Of a stretch of DNA of 64,000 nucleotides, positions 48,002-55,784 are shown one piece after another. The position numbers and the translations under genes were made by a program. The notes beneath the pieces were generated by a model. That model did not search any database and was not told where the DNA came from. It saw only the letters and a program-made list of their open reading frames with translations. The stretch lies in the IMG/VR virus record IMGVR_UViG_2515154169_000001, positions 1 to 64,000 of that record. One strand, given 5' to 3'. How positions within the stretch are numbered: the first letter of the stretch is position 1; each line of letters starts with the position of its first letter. The stretch is from a virus. Lineage: Duplodnaviria > Caudoviricetes.

Positions 48002-48687
48002 TGGCTGGTAAGTGCTGCGGCGGTGGAACCATGGTGGTCCGCTCCGCCTCCTCGTCGGCCGCCCTGGACCCGGCCGCGTGCAACACACTCACGCAGTCGG
48101 CGGCCGGCCTCCTCGTGCCGTCCGTCGCCGTCCAGGGCATCGCCCCCGGCGGCGCCGTCTCCACGGAGCGGTCCGTGGACGTGGACGTGACCGCCCCGGC
48201 GGCCGGCGGCTGCCCGGCCGTCTGGCAGGTCGGGGCGCGGCTCACGCCCGCGCTCGGGGAGTCGCTCCTCCCGGCCATCGTGGACCTGGCCCCCATCGCC
48301 AACGACACCTGGATCAACACGGGCCTGACGGTCGCACTCCCGGAGGCCGGCGTCTACGAGGTCACCGCGACCGTGCGGTCCTCGATCGCCCGTGGGGCGT
48401 CGACCGCGCCGTTCGCCGTCAACATCAGCGCCCGCCTGTTCAACCTCACCGGCGGCAACGCCATCCCGAGCACGGACTACACCGTGCAGCAGGTCAACGA
48501 GGCATCCCCGAGCAGCGGCCAGACCACGCAGGTGGCGCTGTCCACCTTCCACAAGTTCGTGACGGTGACCGGGCCGACGACCATCGGTCTCCAGGCCAAC
48601 CGGAACACGATCAACGGCACGGCCGTGAACGTCACCGCCATCCAGACCGGAAATACCCGCCTCGGTTTCAAGAAGGTGGCGGACTAA
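48001..48687 (+). CDS. Beta-rich fibre/adhesin-like protein
   Basis: LPEAGVYEV motif; paralog of the next gene. Confidence 0.75.
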   Translation: MAGKCCGGGTMVVRSASSSAALDPAACNTLTQSAAGLLVPSVAVQGIAPGGAVSTERSVDVDVTAPAAGGCPAVWQVGARLTPALGESLLPAIVDLAPIANDTWINTGLTVALPEAGVYEVTATVRSSIARGASTAPFAVNISARLFNLTGGNAIPSTDYTVQQVNEASPSSGQTTQVALSTFHKFVTVTGPTTIGLQANRNTINGTAVNVTAIQTGNTRLGFKKVAD

Positions 48688-49338
48688 GTGAGCGGCACCA
48701 ATGCTGGGCTGCGCGCTGGCGCGGTGGCGCTCGACCCCGCCGGTTGTAATGCCCTCCAGCAGACGGCGGATGGGCTCCTCGTGCCGCACGCCGAGGTCAC
48801 CGGGATCGCTCCCGGTGGCGCGGTGTCGGCGACCCGCTCGGTCGACGTCGACGTGCAGGGACCGGCCGCCAGCGCCTGCCCGGAGACCTGGACGGTCGGC
48901 GCGCGTCTCACCCCCGTCAGCGGTGAAGTGTTCGGAGCAGACACGGATCTCCAAGCCGCTGCAGCCGGAACATGGGTGGCGACCGGTACCCAGGTTGTGC
49001 TGCCCGAGGCCGGGACGTACGCCCTGTCCGCAGACCTCTATTCGCATGTCGCGGCGACCACGCCATGGGCGGTGGCGATCAACGCCCGGCTGTTCAATGT
49101 TGCCGCGGGGGCACTCGTGCCCGGCACCAACCGGCGGATCCAGTTCGGCAACATCAACGACCCCGGCGGTGGCACGGTGATGTCCCTCCAGACCGCCGGC
49201 AGCCTCAGCGCCTTCCTCACCGTCACCGGGCCGACGACGATCCGCGTGGACGGGAACCGGCAGCACGTCGGATTCAACGACTCCAGCCAGGCCATCCTCG
49301 GAGGACCACGCCTCGGCTTCGTAAAGGTGAGCGACTGA
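48688..49338 (+). CDS. Beta-rich fibre/adhesin-like protein (paralog)
   Basis: Shares LDPA.CN.L...RSVDVDV...RLGF.KV.D with the previous gene. Confidence 0.75.
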   Translation: MSGTNAGLRAGAVALDPAGCNALQQTADGLLVPHAEVTGIAPGGAVSATRSVDVDVQGPAASACPETWTVGARLTPVSGEVFGADTDLQAAAAGTWVATGTQVVLPEAGTYALSADLYSHVAATTPWAVAINARLFNVAAGALVPGTNRRIQFGNINDPGGGTVMSLQTAGSLSAFLTVTGPTTIRVDGNRQHVGFNDSSQAILGGPRLGFVKVSD

Positions 49339-49463
49339 TGGCCGAACGGGGGGTTGGCGTGCGGCCTCCGGGACCACCACGCAGAGGGCTGTATGGGCCC
49401 AGCGTCGCCCGCATCGCCAGGCTCTTCCCCCTGTAATGCCCCACTGCCCCAAGGAGGCCACCC

Positions 49464-49937
49464 ATGTCCGGTACCACCGGAAGCGTCGGCGCCGCCGGTG
49501 TCGATGCTGAGTTCGTCGTCCTTTGTGACGACGACGGGGCGGGCGTGATTACCCCGTTCGTGCGGCGCTTCTCCACGACCCCGGCCGGAGCCGTCACCAC
49601 CGTGGACACCGAGCTGGACGGCACCACGCCGTACACCGCGGCGGGCACGATCGGCCTGTGTGGGAAAGTCCCGCCGGTCGACGTCGTCCCGCACGGCGTG
49701 GAGAACACGGACTGGTCCCTGGCCACCAACCCGGGAACGCAGTCGGTGACCCTCCTCGTCTTCACCGGCACCGTGGCGGTCACCACCGCCGAGGGCGCGC
49801 TGACCGTCCCGGCGGGCACGGCCCTGTCGTGGTCGGTAGACGGCGACGAGGTCGACGGTCGGCTGGCCGGGACGCTCAGCATCGACGGCACGGCTCCGGC
49901 CGCGTCGTGGCAGGTGCTGTGGACCACGCAGGCCTGA
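49464..49937 (+). CDS. Short member of the Cys-repeat protein family
   Basis: One LCD...PFVR...LDGTTPY unit plus the shared C-terminal QSVT...WSV domain. Confidence 0.75.
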   Translation: MSGTTGSVGAAGVDAEFVVLCDDDGAGVITPFVRRFSTTPAGAVTTVDTELDGTTPYTAAGTIGLCGKVPPVDVVPHGVENTDWSLATNPGTQSVTLLVFTGTVAVTTAEGALTVPAGTALSWSVDGDEVDGRLAGTLSIDGTAPAASWQVLWTTQA

Positions 49938-49944
49938 GCAGCCG

Positions 49945-50262
49945 GTGAGCACCAGCGGAGCGGTCAAGCCGTCATCGGGGCGGCGGGTGTACGCGGCCAC
50001 GGGCGTCAGCGGCGCGGCGGGCACGGTCACGTTCAACTTCGTGCCGCCGTTCGCCGCGCCGCCCGTGGTCTCGCACGCGACGCAGACCGCGGTGGCCGAC
50101 CTGACCGAGTGCCGGATCACGGCCCTGTCGGCGGCGGCGGTGACGTTCGCGGTGCGCCGCTCGCCGGCGGTGACGCTCCTCGGCATCGCCATCCTCCAGG
50201 TGCCGCAGGCCGCGCCTGGGGTGACGGTGCACTGTACGGCGGTCGAGGCTGGTCCGATCTGA
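49945..50262 (+). CDS. Small beta-rich structural protein
   Basis: TFNFVPPFAAPPVV motif, also seen in 62790-63224. Confidence 0.65.
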   Translation: MSTSGAVKPSSGRRVYAATGVSGAAGTVTFNFVPPFAAPPVVSHATQTAVADLTECRITALSAAAVTFAVRRSPAVTLLGIAILQVPQAAPGVTVHCTAVEAGPI

Positions 50263-50307
50263 CCTGACGGAGCGTGAGAGCCCAGGCTTGCGGCGCTGTC
50301 ACCTGGC

Positions 50308-50343
50308 TATGCTGGTGGCAGCGCCGCTGGTTCTGGGCCGGGC
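50308..50343 (+). promoter_or_regulatory. Late promoter/leader motif
   Basis: TATGCT-N9-GCCGCTGGTTCTGGGCCGGGC. Confidence 0.8.
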
Positions 50344-50369
50344 CGCACCAACACGTGTTGGAGGGCCTG

Positions 50370-51074
50370 ATGACCTGCCCCCTGATCAGCAACCTGGACG
50401 TGGTCCGCGTTACGCGCCTCGACCAGTGTGGTCGACCCGTCTGTGGCGATGACAACGGATTCGTGTTCGACTGCCTCGCGAGTATTGCCATGAATCCGTC
50501 AATTGAGGACGGAGAGGACGTCACGTACAAGGCCGCTAATGGCCGCCAGTGCGGGTTCAAGAAGGGCTGCCCGTCGCTGCAGAACTACGACCTGGAGATC
50601 AACTTCTTCTCGGTGTCGCCCGAGTTCCTGGAGATCACCACCGGCAACCCGGTCGTGTTCGGCTGGGACGGCAAGCCGATCGGCTACGACGACTGCTCCA
50701 TCAAGTGCGACACCGGCTTCGCCCTGGAGTTCTGGACCGAGGTCCTGGGCGACGACGTGTGCGCCGCCGACGGCGCCGGCGAAGGCCAGTGGATCTACTT
50801 CCTGCTGCCGTGGGTGACCAACGGCATCCTCGGCGACCTGGAGATCGGATCCGAGGCCGTCACGCTCCAGCTGCAGGGCGCAAGCCGCGCCGGAGGCGGC
50901 TGGGGCACCGGCCCGTACGACGTCATGCCGATCGATGCCGCGAACACCGCGGGTCCGATGCTCACGCCGGTCGGACCGTCCTGCCACCGCCGGTCGTTCC
51001 TCACGTCGATCGCTCCGCCGGAGCCGATCTGCGAGTACACGCCGGTCACGGGCGGCCTCTGCCTGGCTTCCTGA
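50370..51074 (+). CDS. Major tail (tube) protein
   Basis: RVTRLDQCG.P, A.G..C, ALEFW, YFLLPWV, WGTGPY motifs; position. Confidence 0.75.
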   Translation: MTCPLISNLDVVRVTRLDQCGRPVCGDDNGFVFDCLASIAMNPSIEDGEDVTYKAANGRQCGFKKGCPSLQNYDLEINFFSVSPEFLEITTGNPVVFGWDGKPIGYDDCSIKCDTGFALEFWTEVLGDDVCAADGAGEGQWIYFLLPWVTNGILGDLEIGSEAVTLQLQGASRAGGGWGTGPYDVMPIDAANTAGPMLTPVGPSCHRRSFLTSIAPPEPICEYTPVTGGLCLAS

Positions 51075-51778
51075 TGGGACCGCTCGACCTGGTCGTGCCC
51101 GTGCGTGAGGGCCCCGTCAACGAGCAGCTGCGGTACGCGCTGCGCTCGTGGGCGGCGCACCTCCCGCACGGGCGCGTGTGGATCATCGGCTACCTGCCTG
51201 CGTGGGTGGCCGGTGTCCGGCACGTCCCCACCGAGCAGGCCGGGCGGACCAAGTACGTCAACACCACCAGCGCGGTGCGGGCGGCATGCGAGCATCCGGA
51301 GGTCAGCGACCCGATCCTGCTGTGCAATGACGACTTCTTCACGATGCGGCCCATCGAGGAGATGCCGGTGCTGCACCGCGGGCCCGTGCGCGAGGTAGAG
51401 GCGTACTACGCGAGTCGTGGCAACGGCTCGTACCTGCGCGGGCTTCGGGAGACCCGGGATCTCCTCGTCCAGCTCGGGCACGCCGACCCGCTGTCGTACG
51501 AGCTGCACGTCCCGCTCGAGGTCGGCAAGGCGGCGATGCTGGCGGCCCTTGACGCGGGCCGCCACCTCGACGTGATCCACAAGCGGACGATGTACGGCAA
51601 CCTGGCCGGCCTCGGCGGGGAGCGCATCGACGACGTGAAGGTGCTGCACCGCATGCCCCGCTTCGACAAGGGCGCGGCGTTCCTGTCGACGATGCCGGAC
51701 TCCTTCACCAACGGCGCCGTCGGCCACCACATCCGGCGCGCCTTCCCGCAGGCCTGCACGTACGAGAGGAGGCGCTGA
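51074..51778 (+). CDS. Stealth-like (CR2) sugar-phosphotransferase-like protein
   Basis: DLVVP, EQLRYALRS...RVWIIG, ILLCNDDFF, ELHVP. Confidence 0.7.
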   Translation: MGPLDLVVPVREGPVNEQLRYALRSWAAHLPHGRVWIIGYLPAWVAGVRHVPTEQAGRTKYVNTTSAVRAACEHPEVSDPILLCNDDFFTMRPIEEMPVLHRGPVREVEAYYASRGNGSYLRGLRETRDLLVQLGHADPLSYELHVPLEVGKAAMLAALDAGRHLDVIHKRTMYGNLAGLGGERIDDVKVLHRMPRFDKGAAFLSTMPDSFTNGAVGHHIRRAFPQACTYERRR

Positions 51779-52593
51779 TGCCGCTGCAGATCGGGCCGTG
51801 TGAGCCCTGGCCGGTCGACCTGTGCTGTGAGGTGCCGGAGGGCGACGACGGCCCTGCCATCGTCGAGAAGTGGCAGCGCGTCGCCTCGCAGATCCTGTGG
51901 GCGCTGTCCGGGCGCAGGATCGGCCCGTGCCCCGTCACCGTGCGGCCGTGCCGCCGGTCCTGCATGGACGCCAGCCCGATCAGTTTCCAGGCCGGGGCGT
52001 ACGGTACCGGCGGCTGGATCCCGTACATCGGCGTCGACGGGGCGTGGCGGAACGCGTCGCTCGCGTGCGGCTGCGCCTCCGACTGCTCCTGCGGCGAGCT
52101 GTGCGATGTCTACCTGCCCGGGCCGGTCTACGACGTGGTCGAGGTCGACATCGACGGCGACGTCCTGGTCCCGGAGGCGTACCGCGTCGATGCGCCCGGC
52201 CGGCTGGTCCGTACCGACGGTGAGTGCTGGCCGGACTGCCAGGACATGGCCGCCCCGCCAGGTACGCCAGGGACGTTCACCGTGACGTACCGGTGGGGCC
52301 TGCCAGTCGACGACGCCGCCGAGGCCGCGGTGTCCGAGCTGACGTGCCACCTGATGAAGGGTTGCGGCGGCGCCGGGTCGTGCGGCTGCAAGGCGAACCC
52401 GCGCGCGACCCGTCTGGTGCGGCAGGGCTTCGAGATGGAGATGCCCGACCCGACGCTGCTCTACAGCGAGGGCCGCACCGGGCTGCCCCTCGTCGACCTG
52501 TGGCTGAGCGTCGTCAACCCGTACCGCATGACCAGCCCGAGCCGGGTCTACAGCCCCGACTTCAAGCGCCCGCGGGTGACGACGTGGCCCTGA
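51778..52593 (+). CDS. Head-to-tail adaptor
   Basis: LWALSGR....C..TVRPC, LVRTDG.CWP.CQD, TGL..VD.W...VNP. Confidence 0.75.
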   Translation: MPLQIGPCEPWPVDLCCEVPEGDDGPAIVEKWQRVASQILWALSGRRIGPCPVTVRPCRRSCMDASPISFQAGAYGTGGWIPYIGVDGAWRNASLACGCASDCSCGELCDVYLPGPVYDVVEVDIDGDVLVPEAYRVDAPGRLVRTDGECWPDCQDMAAPPGTPGTFTVTYRWGLPVDDAAEAAVSELTCHLMKGCGGAGSCGCKANPRATRLVRQGFEMEMPDPTLLYSEGRTGLPLVDLWLSVVNPYRMTSPSRVYSPDFKRPRVTTWP

Positions 52594-53177
52594 CCGCCTT
52601 CTCCATCCACGACCTCGCCGAGTCCGTCCTCGCCTGCGTGTGCGCCGCCCTGGAGACCACCGCGGCCGAGGTTGACGGGCAGCCCGGCTGCCCCGACTGC
52701 GGGGCGTGCCTCGTCCCCGGCTCGCCGGCGTGGGACCGCTGCGACGACCCGTGCTCTCAGTCGACGACCGGCGGCCAGTTGTCGGTCAACGTCGCCCGGA
52801 TCTATCCGTCGACCGAGTTCCCGGCGGAGGATCGGCAGGTGCGCGGCCTGCGCGGCTGCGTCCCACCGCCGGTGACCGCCGTGGAGCTGGTCATCACGCT
52901 GCTGCGGTGCGCGCCCGTGCCCTCCGAGAACGGGTGCCCGCCCACCTGTGACGAGCTGAGCGACGCGGCGCGCATCCTCCACGTCGACCAGGTGACGCTC
53001 TACAACGCCATGCTGTGCTGCCTCCCCGGCACAGACCCGAACCGGCGCCGCGGCCGGAAGTTCGTCCTGGGCGCGCAGCGCGTCGTCGGCCCCGAAGGCG
53101 GCTGCGTCGGCATCGAGCAGCGGGTCACCGTGGCCCTGCCCGGCTGCTCGCCCTGCCCCGGAGGCGACACGTCGTGA
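52584..53177 (+). CDS. Tail completion/terminator-like protein
   Basis: Position; GQL.V, LLRC.P, GPEGGCVG. Confidence 0.65.
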   Translation: MALTAFSIHDLAESVLACVCAALETTAAEVDGQPGCPDCGACLVPGSPAWDRCDDPCSQSTTGGQLSVNVARIYPSTEFPAEDRQVRGLRGCVPPPVTAVELVITLLRCAPVPSENGCPPTCDELSDAARILHVDQVTLYNAMLCCLPGTDPNRRRGRKFVLGAQRVVGPEGGCVGIEQRVTVALPGCSPCPGGDTS

Positions 53178-53356
53178 AGTCCGACGCGCTGATCGCCGAG
53201 CTGCAGCGCCTCCAGGACGAGCACGGCGTCCTGGAGGTCCGCGTCTACGACTACGCCGAGATCGAGCCGGACGCCGTCACGGCCGGAGGTCGAGAGGGAC
53301 CGGCAGGGCGAGACGTACGTCCTGCTGCGGCCGTAAGGAGCCCCTGTGAGCGTTGA
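53174..53356 (+). CDS. Small hypothetical protein
   Basis: GTGA overlap and RBS GGAGG. Confidence 0.5.
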   Translation: MKSDALIAELQRLQDEHGVLEVRVYDYAEIEPDAVTAGGREGPAGRDVRPAAAVRSPCER

Positions 53357-53723
53357 GATGTACCTGGACCAGGGCCGGCTGAGCCGGTTCCTGCGGCTGC
53401 GTGGCGGGCGCGTGGAGCGCAAGCTGCGCGAGCGCACCGCCCGCGTCGCCCGCTACGCCGAAGAGGGCGCACCGGGCCGCATGGGCGCGTACGTGTCGTG
53501 GAAGATCACCGAGGGCCCCAAGGGTCTCCAGGGCGTCATCGTCTGCGACCACCCGGCAGTGCACTACGTCCTCAACGGCACCCGGCCCCACATCATCCGG
53601 CCGCGCCGCGCGAAGGTGCTGCGGTTCGAGATCGGCGGCCGCGAGGTCTTCGCCGCGTACGTGCGTCACCCGGGCACGAAGCCCAACGACTTCATGCTGC
53701 GGGCCCTCGAGCGCGGACGCTGA
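53346..53723 (+). CDS. HK97 gp10-like neck/tail protein
   Basis: YVLNGTRPHIIRP...V.HPGTKPNDFM.RAL. Confidence 0.75.
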   Translation: MSVEMYLDQGRLSRFLRLRGGRVERKLRERTARVARYAEEGAPGRMGAYVSWKITEGPKGLQGVIVCDHPAVHYVLNGTRPHIIRPRRAKVLRFEIGGREVFAAYVRHPGTKPNDFMLRALERGR

Positions 53724-53978
53724 TCAGAAAAGGGGCAGGGCGTCCTCGTCGTCGACGTGCCCGGACTCGTCGGCGCCGAGCTCCAGCTGTAGGTCGCCGT
53801 CGGCGGGCAGGTCCACGACGGCGCGGGAGCCCGAGCAGGACACCAGGACGCCGGCGAAGTCCTCCCGCATGCCGGGCTCGTCGTGCCGCCGCAGGCGGCC
53901 CCGGCCGAGACGACCCGCCACGGGCCCGGCCGCGATCGGCCGGCCACAGGTCGGGCAGGAGATGCGAGGCAGCTTCAT
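53724..53978 (-). CDS. Small Zn-binding protein
   Basis: MKLPRISCPTCGR...RRHD...SCSGS. Confidence 0.55.
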   Translation of the reverse strand: MKLPRISCPTCGRPIAAGPVAGRLGRGRLRRHDEPGMREDFAGVLVSCSGSRAVVDLPADGDLQLELGADESGHVDDEDALPLF

Positions 53979-54374
53979 GCCACCAGTGTCGACCTGACGA
54001 CCGACACCAGGCGGGCTGCCAGCCGAACCGGCTGCCTGAGAAGGGCCTGACCTGCACGAACATGCTGGAAGCATTGTGGGAGACGGACAATGGTCAGCGC
54101 TGTACGGCAGATAGTTACTGCGGATCTATGTTGCGATCGCTGCCGCACGATGTATCTGGATCTAAGTTCCGGCGCCGGAGCATAGTTACAGGAAGGCTCG
54201 GACCCGAGGTTAAGGACTCCGCTAATTATCGGGTTAGCGTTGTCCGTAGGTTAGAAACGTAACTATAGTTGGGTTAGCGCATCAGGGGTTGCACTATCGC
54301 GGTGCGTCAACCTTGATGTAGAGGTGGACGCCGACCCGTCGGTCGACGCCCACACTCACCACACGGTCGCCGAG

Positions 54375-54476
54375 TCAGTGGGGGCTGGTCTTCTCGATCA
54401 CATCCAGTGCTAGCTGGATGAGGTCGATCGCTAGGAAGACCCAGATCCCCCACCTCGGCGATTGGCCATCGGGCAT
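54375..54476 (-). CDS. 33-aa hydrophobic peptide (type I toxin-like)
   Basis: RBS AGAGGAGGTG; MPDGQSPRWGIWVFLAIDLIQLALDVIEKTSPH; the SD sits in an inverted repeat at 54481-54517. Confidence 0.55.
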   Translation of the reverse strand: MPDGQSPRWGIWVFLAIDLIQLALDVIEKTSPH

Positions 54477-54845
54477 GTTTCACCTCCTCTTTCGTCACGT
54501 GCGCGGAAGAGGGGGTGTTTGCCAGCGAAGGCACACCGTTGAAGGACAAGCCTATGGGCGCCTGGGCAGTTGAAATGACGATTCTCGGGACTTTTCTTCT
54601 GTGGCAGCAGCAACTCGGTTGCCAACCGCGTGAATTCGCAGGTCAGGGAAGCCATCCGGTGAAGTCGACGGCGAGACGTGTTGTGCGCGACCAGCCCAAC
54701 CCAAAGGCGCATGCCGGGCATCTCGTGCTTATCGGTCGTTAACGCCGGACTCTCACGGTAGTGGCGGGTGATCTCCGCGCTGCATCCGTCCCCGAGTTGA
54801 TCACTCCGGGATCACGCTGAAGCGCTCGCCGGCGAGGCGTACGAC

Positions 54846-54881
54846 TACCCTTCCCCATACGCCGCTGGTTCTGGGCCGGGC
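54846..54881 (+). promoter_or_regulatory. Late promoter/leader motif
   Basis: TACCCT-N9-GCCGCTGGTTCTGGGCCGGGC. Confidence 0.8.
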
Positions 54882-54909
54882 GAAGCGCGGGAGACCAAGG
54901 ACTACGCCC

Positions 54910-55440
54910 GTGAAGAAGACGTTCTCGTTGCATACGGAGCCGCACATCGCCGATGTGGGCGGCCGGGAGTTGCAGTTCCTGCCCGAGGTGATGGGCGATC
55001 AGTTCATGGACGCTTACAGCGGGCTCATCGAGGCGCAGCGGACGGCCAGCGGCATCGACCTCGAAGACCTCTCGACCGTCGACGCGAACCAGCTGCGAGG
55101 CGCGGCCCGGGCGATGCGGACGTTCCTGGCGGAGCTGATGCTGCCGGAGTCCGCCGAGCTGTTCACCCGCGTGCACGTGGTCAAGGACGGCCAGGTGCTG
55201 ATGCAGTTGCCGAACCGGGAGGCCGCTCAGGAGTACGCGGACCAGGTGGAGGGCGGTCCTGCGCAGGTCGTGGACGCGTTCCCGCTGCCGGACCGCATCC
55301 TGGTCCAGCTGCTGGAGTGGGTCGTCGAGCTGTACGGAGGGGGCGCCGGAGAGCGCCCTACTGGACCGTCCTCAGGCTCTGCGACAGCATCGCGGAGGGC
55401 TGGGAGGCGTGGGATGGGAGTGCCCTCCTCCAGGGCGTGA
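54910..55440 (+). CDS. Tail assembly chaperone (G-like)
   Basis: Upstream of the tape measure gene; ends WVVELYG...RPT..SS.S. Confidence 0.8.
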   Translation: MKKTFSLHTEPHIADVGGRELQFLPEVMGDQFMDAYSGLIEAQRTASGIDLEDLSTVDANQLRGAARAMRTFLAELMLPESAELFTRVHVVKDGQVLMQLPNREAAQEYADQVEGGPAQVVDAFPLPDRILVQLLEWVVELYGGGAGERPTGPSSGSATASRRAGRRGMGVPSSRA

Positions 55441-55697
55441 ACATCCGGACGTTCACGCTGCGCCAGATGCTCGCCGCAGCGGAGGCCACCATGGACCAGG
55501 CGGCCAACGATGACGCGGAGCGGGCCCGGAACAGGGCCCAGCTGTACGCCCCGCCGAAGGGTCAGCGACGCCGCCGCACTCGGGACGGCGAGCGCGACCG
55601 GCCGACGGGCGACGGCATGAAGATGCGTGACGCGCAGCAGCTCATGGCACAGCTGGCCGCCCAAGACGCCCACCTTGCCGGGGGGCGCAGCGGCTAG
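55356..55697 (+). CDS. Tail assembly chaperone frameshift extension (T-like, -1 frame)
   Basis: Overlapping -1 ORF PYWTVLRLCDSIAEGW...QLYAPPKG. Confidence 0.7.
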   Translation, partial: PYWTVLRLCDSIAEGWEAWDGSALLQGVNIRTFTLRQMLAAAEATMDQAANDDAERARNRAQLYAPPKGQRRRRTRDGERDRPTGDGMKMRDAQQLMAQLAAQDAHLAGGRSG

Positions 55698-55734
55698 TCT
55701 GGGATCACCGGCGGGCCTCTGGGGCGCCGCCGAT

Positions 55735-55755
55735 GCCGCTGGTTCTGGGCCGGGC
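55735..55755 (+). promoter_or_regulatory. Late leader motif before the tape measure gene
   Basis: GCCGCTGGTTCTGGGCCGGGC, about 30 nt before the GTG. Confidence 0.8.
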
Positions 55756-55784
55756 AACCTCTCCACACCTCGTGAGGTTGCCCG

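Noticed and set aside
54200-54290. GGTTAG copies as telomere-like repeats
   Set aside because: Not tandem, too few, and internal to the element.
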